64,000 nt of DNA from a virus, in IMG/VR virus record IMGVR_UViG_3300048919_000175, positions 11,900 through 75,899 of that record; one strand, written 5' to 3'. Positions 57,983 to 64,000 of this stretch are shown piece by piece. Below the pieces are notes generated by a model that was not told the origin of the DNA, searched no databases, and worked only from the letters and a program-made list of their open reading frames with translations. Within the stretch, counting starts at the first letter, position 1. The number at the start of each line of letters is the position of its first letter. The translations under genes and the position numbers were made by a program.

Positions 57983-58399
57983 ATGACAGTCATCCTTTCT
58001 CAGACCGACGCTCTGGCGATCGCCAACTATCTGGCCGATCTGCTCGATGGGGGCAAGTTCGAAATCTATAACGGCGCGCGTCCGGCAAATCCGCAAACCG
58101 CTGTTACGACGCAGACCAAGCTCGCCGAAGGCACCTTTCCAACTCCTGCTTTCGGCAATGCCGCCATGTCTGGCGTCGTCGCTGTTGCGACCGCAAATGC
58201 CATTGCCGATATCACGCCGATCGCGGCTGGAAATGCTGCTTGGGTCCGCGTCAAGGACAGTGGCGGTACGGTCCGCTTCGACGGCTCAGTCTCCGCGCCG
58301 GGCGGCGGCGGCGACATGACTATCACTTCGACAACAATTGCACTCGGTGTAACTTTGCTGGTTATCGGCTTCAACATCAGGGTTCCCACTGGCCAGTAA
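57983..58399 (+). CDS. Small virion structural protein
   Basis: Paralog of 56027..56452. Confidence 0.6.
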   Translation: MTVILSQTDALAIANYLADLLDGGKFEIYNGARPANPQTAVTTQTKLAEGTFPTPAFGNAAMSGVVAVATANAIADITPIAAGNAAWVRVKDSGGTVRFDGSVSAPGGGGDMTITSTTIALGVTLLVIGFNIRVPTGQ

Positions 58400-58408
58400 G
58401 GAGCCGAT

Positions 58409-61285
58409 ATGGCCCTCCCATACATCGAGCGGACAGTTGCAGCGGCAGTAAGCGGCCTCAACTTTGTTGGCGCTGGTATCTCTGATAGCGAACAATGGGT
58501 CGCACTTGGTGCGAACTCCGGTACGAGCTACATGCTCAAGCGTAGCGCTGCGGGCAACTATGATACTGCTGTTGCGATTTCTGGTGCTACCGGGCAATGC
58601 CTTGATATCACATTTGCAAACGATATCAAGGCATACGGATCGATCGGCTCAAACTTCTATCGTTTTGATTACACTGCACCGGGCGGCGTCGACACGTGGA
58701 CGGCCACGGCGATACCTGTCCTGGGCGGACAGGCGGTACGCGGTGTCAGCATATCTCCTGACGGGCAGCACATTGCGTGTGCGTTCCTGACTGCGTTTGT
58801 AGTTTACGATATCGCTTCAAATTCGATCATCAAAAACGTAGCCTGGACCAGCGGCGAAGACGTCAAGTATTCGCCCGATGGCAAGTATGTCGCTGTTGTA
58901 GACCGATTTGCTGGCGTCAGCGTCTATCAGCGCGCCGGGGCTGTTTACACGCTCATGACAATCGTTGGTGGATCGACGCCGACGAAAGGAAGCTGGCAAC
59001 TCAGCTGGCATCGCAATAGTAAGCGGTTCGTGGCTTCCGCCAATTCGAGCGGCACTGGCGCATATATCTACGCGCTGACAAGTTCTACGGATTGGACACC
59101 AACTACACTTATCTCTACCCCGGCGTCTGTCGCCGCTCTCTACACTTATTCTGGTGCTGATCTCGTAAACTTTTCGCCGGTCAGCACAGCCGCGCCGCAC
59201 GTTTTTCAGGACGACGTCACGTCCGTAACCGAACGACTTGATTTTTCGGTACTAGCTCAGCCGACTGGCGGATGCGGCGCAGGGGCCTCCCCCAAAACGG
59301 GTCTCGGTCGGACGGTTGTTCTGGCCGGTGTAACGAGTGGTGCGCGTATCTTCACGGCTCCTCTTGCGTTCAAGCAAAGAACTGTCACTGCTTCCCTGCC
59401 AGCGATCGAGTATTATGGCGTTGCTGTTTCTCCGGACGGTAAGTACGTTGCTTGCTGCCCGTCGACCGCAACCACGACCGTTAAAATTTTGGTCCGCAAC
59501 GACACGACCGGCGATTATGACAGCATGCAGACCGTTACCGGACTGCCGCTGGCGTCTAGTGCGATCGTTGACGCAGTGTTCGGTCCTAACTCCGACACTC
59601 TCTATGTGCCTGTCAATGACAAAGTTCATAGATGCACGCTCGTTGGTGGCGTCTGGACTTACGAAAAACAGTTTGCGGTCACACATGGCGGAGCAAACGG
59701 CATTGATATCGACAAGGATGAGCGTATCCTTTTGATCGGTGCCGCGAGCGGTGGGGCCACACTATGGAACGTGGTCAGCGACACGCTTGTCCAGAACATC
59801 GCTATCGCCGACACGATCCAGGACGCCAAATTTTCTTCTGATGGTCGCTACGCCGCCCTCGCCTGCCAGAGCCTCGGTCTGCGCGTTTACGATCGCGGGA
59901 CGCCACTTACCGACGTTTTCACCAGTATGCCGGTCACTGGTGGCGGCGCTGCCGTGGCCAATTGGGCTGTTCAGTTCAATGAAGCTGGCAATCGTATTAT
60001 TTCCGGCTCGATCTTCTCTGGTAATGCTTCCAGCGGCTTTACGCTCGATCCTACAGGTACGCCGACTTGGGTCGGTCAGACGTTGCAGGCTGCTCATAAC
60101 TCAGTCGGCGCTACTTACATCCTCGGCAAATATCCGTTCACGACCTCTAATAGTTCGGTAGTGCCTGACAATTGGGCCGACCCTAACTTCGTAGCTGACA
60201 AGAACAGTTTGCCCGCGATGGCGACGCACGCCTCCCGCGCCGGTCGCGGCACCGGCAATGGCTCTGGTGTCTTCGCCTTTGCCAGAACTTCCGGTAGCGG
60301 CGGCGGCGTGGTCATTTATACGGTTGACGTACCTGCTCCGGGCACTCTCGATCTTGCCGCAAGCTTCACTATGCCGATAATCGGTATGCTGGCAGAGCTT
60401 GGGGCCGAAGCCTCTATCGACGGCGAGTTCACTATCGCATTGATTGGCATGGACGGCATTCTTGCAAATGCTAACGGCGACATTGTCCCTGCTCTGCCGC
60501 AAGTGTTCCGAGCTCCGGCTATCGCGCTAGAAGCGGAAATGCTTACGGAAGAAACCGAATTCTTGCCGCTAGCACAGATCGAGTTCACCTATGGTGCGTA
60601 CTCGATGTTGCTCAATGCCGGTCTGTACGAGAATGCAGAAATCGAGTTCACCTATGGTGCGTACTCGATGGAAATCTTGGAAGGCATCAAGGCAGAGATT
60701 GAATTCACTTATGGCGCTTATGCGCTAGAAGCCGAAATGGATAGCCGCAACGCAGCTCATATTGCATGGAGCTATGGCGCATATTCCATGGAGATTGAAG
60801 GCTTCCAGCCGATCGGCATGATGGTCAATTTCACCTATGGCGCATACTCGATCGAAATTGACGCCGACGCACAGTTCGGTGCCGCCCTGACGTTTGGTTA
60901 CGGCGCATACGGCATGGAGCTCGACGCCGACGTTTCTATGCCAGCAAATATCGAGTTTACATATGGTGCCTATGATATCGTTATGACGGGCACTTCGCCT
61001 GTTGCTACAGATATCGAGTTTACCTATGGTGCTTACGACATGTCTGCTTCCATGTCGCAACCGAATTCGATCATCTTCTCCTACGGTGCCTATTCGATGG
61101 CGGTCGTAGCTTCTACGCCCGTTGTCCTTGACGCTCGCTTGACGTATGGTCACTACGGCATGGCGCTCACTGGCACCATGATCAAGGAAGCTGAGATTAA
61201 GTTCAGCTACGGCGCTTACGGAATGGAAGTCGTAGGTGAAGTCGTATCGAATAATGCGCTTACATTTATGATCATTCAGCCGTGA
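58409..61285 (+). CDS. Double WD40 beta-propeller protein with 11 C-terminal YGAY repeats (fibre?)
   Basis: SPDG..VA blades; (I)EF(T/S)YGAY.M repeats at 60578-61225. Confidence 0.7.
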   Translation: MALPYIERTVAAAVSGLNFVGAGISDSEQWVALGANSGTSYMLKRSAAGNYDTAVAISGATGQCLDITFANDIKAYGSIGSNFYRFDYTAPGGVDTWTATAIPVLGGQAVRGVSISPDGQHIACAFLTAFVVYDIASNSIIKNVAWTSGEDVKYSPDGKYVAVVDRFAGVSVYQRAGAVYTLMTIVGGSTPTKGSWQLSWHRNSKRFVASANSSGTGAYIYALTSSTDWTPTTLISTPASVAALYTYSGADLVNFSPVSTAAPHVFQDDVTSVTERLDFSVLAQPTGGCGAGASPKTGLGRTVVLAGVTSGARIFTAPLAFKQRTVTASLPAIEYYGVAVSPDGKYVACCPSTATTTVKILVRNDTTGDYDSMQTVTGLPLASSAIVDAVFGPNSDTLYVPVNDKVHRCTLVGGVWTYEKQFAVTHGGANGIDIDKDERILLIGAASGGATLWNVVSDTLVQNIAIADTIQDAKFSSDGRYAALACQSLGLRVYDRGTPLTDVFTSMPVTGGGAAVANWAVQFNEAGNRIISGSIFSGNASSGFTLDPTGTPTWVGQTLQAAHNSVGATYILGKYPFTTSNSSVVPDNWADPNFVADKNSLPAMATHASRAGRGTGNGSGVFAFARTSGSGGGVVIYTVDVPAPGTLDLAASFTMPIIGMLAELGAEASIDGEFTIALIGMDGILANANGDIVPALPQVFRAPAIALEAEMLTEETEFLPLAQIEFTYGAYSMLLNAGLYENAEIEFTYGAYSMEILEGIKAEIEFTYGAYALEAEMDSRNAAHIAWSYGAYSMEIEGFQPIGMMVNFTYGAYSIEIDADAQFGAALTFGYGAYGMELDADVSMPANIEFTYGAYDIVMTGTSPVATDIEFTYGAYDMSASMSQPNSIIFSYGAYSMAVVASTPVVLDARLTYGHYGMALTGTMIKEAEIKFSYGAYGMEVVGEVVSNNALTFMIIQP

Positions 61286-61291
61286 GGCCCA

Positions 61292-62272
61292 ATGCCACAT
61301 CCATGGAACAATTCAATGGACCTTATGGTCCACCCGAGCAATCGACTTGTCGATGACGGGTTCATTGTTCTAGGGAATGGCATTCATCGCCCGGTTGGCG
61401 TGATACCTCCGGAAGTGACCGAAGCGGTCCGCTACTCAGGCCGTCGCTTAATGCGCGGTCTGGCAATGCGCCCGTTCACGGGTCTGCTCGTCGCAGGGAA
61501 CAAAGACCCCGGTCAACCGTTCCTATACAGCACCGACTTTGGGGCCAATTGGCAGGTCGGCGTTGCTAATCCGAATGAGGGGTATCCCGCATATGTGTTC
61601 TGGGTTCCGGTCTGGAACAAGTTTATCGCTATTATGGAGGAAGGCTCGCGCTCGTGCGTTAGCATTTCCGCAAATGGCATAAACTGGACACAATATCCTG
61701 CTCGCGGTAATGTCATGCGTAAGGCCACCGGCTTTGCCGTGAACTTGACCGGAAACAGGGGTATCATTTCCGTAGAAGGAGATGATTATAACATGTATGC
61801 CGCTGATGCTGGCGGCGTCAACTGGTCTGCATTTCTGACCGGCATGCCGGGCGGAAGCTCGGTAGTCTGGGACGGCATTAATGGCAGGTTCCTCGCGTTC
61901 ATTGGCGGCAGCAATAATTGCTTTCGATCCAGCAATGGATTGAGTTGGATTACTGCCCCTAATGGACCCGACGTTGTCCAAGGCACATGGGCGGCGTATA
62001 GTGTGCGTTTCGGAGGTCGGATAATCCTGTTCGGCTCCACAGAGAACGTACTATTCACCGACAATGGAGGCGCATCCTGGGAAGCAGGTTCTGGGTTATC
62101 AGAAAATACCTCACCTGATAATCGAATTGTTGCAATAAATGGCGATACCTTGTACGTTGCATACAAGTCTGATTACAACGCTGGCTCAATTAGCTACGAT
62201 GCAGGCGAAACGTGGACAGACTGTGCACACCAATCGGGTAAACCACTCGGCATTGCAGTCCTATTGCAGTGA
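61292..62272 (+). CDS. BNR/Asp-box beta-propeller protein
   Basis: STDFGANW, SANGINW, SSNGLSW, TDNGGASW, SYDAGETW. Confidence 0.7.
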   Translation: MPHPWNNSMDLMVHPSNRLVDDGFIVLGNGIHRPVGVIPPEVTEAVRYSGRRLMRGLAMRPFTGLLVAGNKDPGQPFLYSTDFGANWQVGVANPNEGYPAYVFWVPVWNKFIAIMEEGSRSCVSISANGINWTQYPARGNVMRKATGFAVNLTGNRGIISVEGDDYNMYAADAGGVNWSAFLTGMPGGSSVVWDGINGRFLAFIGGSNNCFRSSNGLSWITAPNGPDVVQGTWAAYSVRFGGRIILFGSTENVLFTDNGGASWEAGSGLSENTSPDNRIVAINGDTLYVAYKSDYNAGSISYDAGETWTDCAHQSGKPLGIAVLLQ

Positions 62273-62300
62273 TCGCCAAGACAACAAGGAACCTTCCCGC

Positions 62301-62759
62301 ATGCGCTTGGAGCTCGACATGATCGTACTTCGCGTGGCACGCGGCATCAGACAGCACTGGCATATCCGAGCAACCGAATGGGTAATGATCTACCCTTCGT
62401 TTTTCCTGAGTTTCATTTTATTGTTTCAGGAAAACATGTTCGAGTTTCAAGGGTACGCGGTCGTGCGCACATGGGCAAATCAGCCAACGTGGGCATTCGC
62501 ACTACTTGTCTGCGTCGCAGTGCGGCTTGCTGCGCTCGTCGTGAACGGGACATTTGCTGCATTTAGGTACTCGCCCCATATGAGAGCTGCGGCCTCTTGG
62601 TGCGGTCTGATGTTTTGGGGAATTTACTGCTTGGGATTTGTCCAAGCTGCTTGGATGGGCATTGCTTCTTGGGCTGCACCGCTTGCCTTTTCAACCTTTG
62701 TTCTGATGGAATACCTGAATATCTATAGGTCACTGTCGGACGTCTTTAGGAACCACTAG
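62301..62759 (+). CDS. Four-TM membrane protein (holin candidate)
   Basis: Four hydrophobic segments. Confidence 0.5.
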   Translation: MRLELDMIVLRVARGIRQHWHIRATEWVMIYPSFFLSFILLFQENMFEFQGYAVVRTWANQPTWAFALLVCVAVRLAALVVNGTFAAFRYSPHMRAAASWCGLMFWGIYCLGFVQAAWMGIASWAAPLAFSTFVLMEYLNIYRSLSDVFRNH

Positions 62760-62760
62760 A

Positions 62761-63093
62761 ATGCAGTTCAGCCTTGAGGACGCTGCCACCGGTTTACTTG
62801 TTCTGATCGGTGGCGTTCTGTCGTGGTTCGGTATTCAGAACGGACGACGCGCATCTAAGCAGCCCGGCCAAGGCGGAGACTTCATTGAACTGGCCGGAGC
62901 AATCATCGACAAAGATCAGGCCAAGGAACTCATCGGCGCAGTTCGGGAAAATACCCGTGCATTACAGAACCAAGTCGGTGCTGTTGAGGCTTTTCAGGAA
63001 GACCTTCGCGAGGTAAAGTCCGAAGTGCGCGACGTACTCAGAGAACTTCGCTCTGAACTCAAGGAAACGGTTCGCGATCTTAGACAGAGGTAA
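62761..63093 (+). CDS. Single-TM coiled-coil protein
   Basis: N-terminal TM, C-terminal heptads. Confidence 0.55.
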   Translation: MQFSLEDAATGLLVLIGGVLSWFGIQNGRRASKQPGQGGDFIELAGAIIDKDQAKELIGAVRENTRALQNQVGAVEAFQEDLREVKSEVRDVLRELRSELKETVRDLRQR

Positions 63094-63097
63094 TCCT

Positions 63098-63355
63098 ATG
63101 GAAGTCGGCACAGCTTCTATCAAATTCGCAGATCAATACTCCGTAGTTCAGGCAGGCATGTCGGCGCTAACGGACGCTATCGCACTTCTCTCCGAGAAGG
63201 CACAACGGCGCGACCTCAGCAGAGCCGAGCGTCGGGCTATTACCTCGCAGATCAACGTGATCAAGCTGAAGCTCGCTCGCACGCAAGCTCGCATGAACGT
63301 TCTGCGCGCGAGCGCCGAGAAAGCCGGAGTGAACTTCGATGTTCTGGACACTTGA
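63098..63355 (+). CDS. Hypothetical protein
   Basis: GAGG RBS. Confidence 0.5.
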   Translation: MEVGTASIKFADQYSVVQAGMSALTDAIALLSEKAQRRDLSRAERRAITSQINVIKLKLARTQARMNVLRASAEKAGVNFDVLDT

Positions 63356-63642
63356 AAAGCAGATCACATATCGGCAGATGCAACTGCAACTCCGGATACG
63401 TGCCGCGCGGATCAACAAGCGCAGACGTGATTATGTACGCTCCTGGATTGACTGGATTTTCACCAAAGCACTGAACGGCTATGAGCTGCCCCACAATTCC
63501 CGGTGGTCGCTGTTCGCAGAAATGTTCTGGCTTGAGCCGTTCTGCCCCATCTGCTTTTTCTATCGCGGTGCGACATTCGGCTTCTTCCTCGGGCTATGGT
63601 TCGCCGCCATGGTCTATTTCATCATAGGTTAAGGAGACTAGA

Positions 63643-63831
63643 ATGGCTTGCTCTTCTTGCGGCGGTCGCGCTCGCTCGACTGTCACGACACCCGTCAATC
63701 GCAATGCTGGCGTTCAACGCAATGCACCGGTCTCGGCTGCTCGCGTCGTTGACAGTCAATCGATCACTTCGAAGCGCGTCAATACCCCGGTCGCGTCCAA
63801 CCCGAACTCGCCTTCCCGCACCAAGGTTTGA
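63643..63831 (+). CDS. Small CxxC protein (possible disulfide linking protein)
   Basis: MACSSCGG start, AAGGAG RBS. Confidence 0.5.
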   Translation: MACSSCGGRARSTVTTPVNRNAGVQRNAPVSAARVVDSQSITSKRVNTPVASNPNSPSRTKV

Positions 63832-63837
63832 TGCAGC

Positions 63838-64000
63838 ATGGGCGCGGCCCTCAATATCCAAATGGGTGCCGCGTTCGGCCCGCTGTTCCAGCCGTACGAC
63901 TATAAGGCGTTGTACGGCGGTCGCGGCTCGGGCAAATCATACGCCATGGCGACTGCGCTTGCGGCAATGTCAAGCAATCGCAGGCTCCGTATCGTATGCG
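63838..64000 (+). CDS. Terminase large subunit (3' truncated, PBSX-type)
   Basis: YKALYGGRGSGKS Walker A. Confidence 0.85.
   Translation, partial: MGAALNIQMGAAFGPLFQPYDYKALYGGRGSGKSYAMATALAAMSSNRRLRIVC

Noticed and set aside
1-64000. Prophage/lysogeny module
   Set aside because: No integrase, CI-like repressor or flanking host genes seen in the window.

Overview
A 64-kb segment of a tailed dsDNA phage (myovirus), most likely infecting an alphaproteobacterium of the Rhizobium/Agrobacterium type. The host is inferred from multiple CtrA boxes, apparent GANTC avoidance, and a Cys-rich Mu-like baseplate reminiscent of flagellotropic phages 7-7-1/Milano. Layout: (1) 1-12.8 kb, + strand: frameshifted tail chaperone, tape measure, Mu-like baseplate, fibres, endolysin, spanins. 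(2) 12.9-26.6 kb, - strand: SNF2 helicase, primase-helicase, DnaE, DEDD exonuclease and an unusual nucleotide-metabolism cluster. (3) 26.8-47.3 kb, + strand: many small accessory/early genes with repeated promoter cassettes and CtrA boxes. (4) 48.1-51.2 kb: a largely non-coding island. It holds a YrlA/Y-RNA-like circularly permuted tRNA mimic, an anti-Shine-Dalgarno sRNA candidate and a ~540-nt highly structured RNA I cannot assign to a family. (5) 52.5-64 kb: nuclease, TerS, HU-like protein, a ~8-kb block of beta-propeller/fibre genes, membrane proteins and the start of TerL. The ncRNA island is the most novel element. No integrase, CRISPR array or canonical tRNA was seen. All calls come from reading motifs by eye; no database search or folding program was run.
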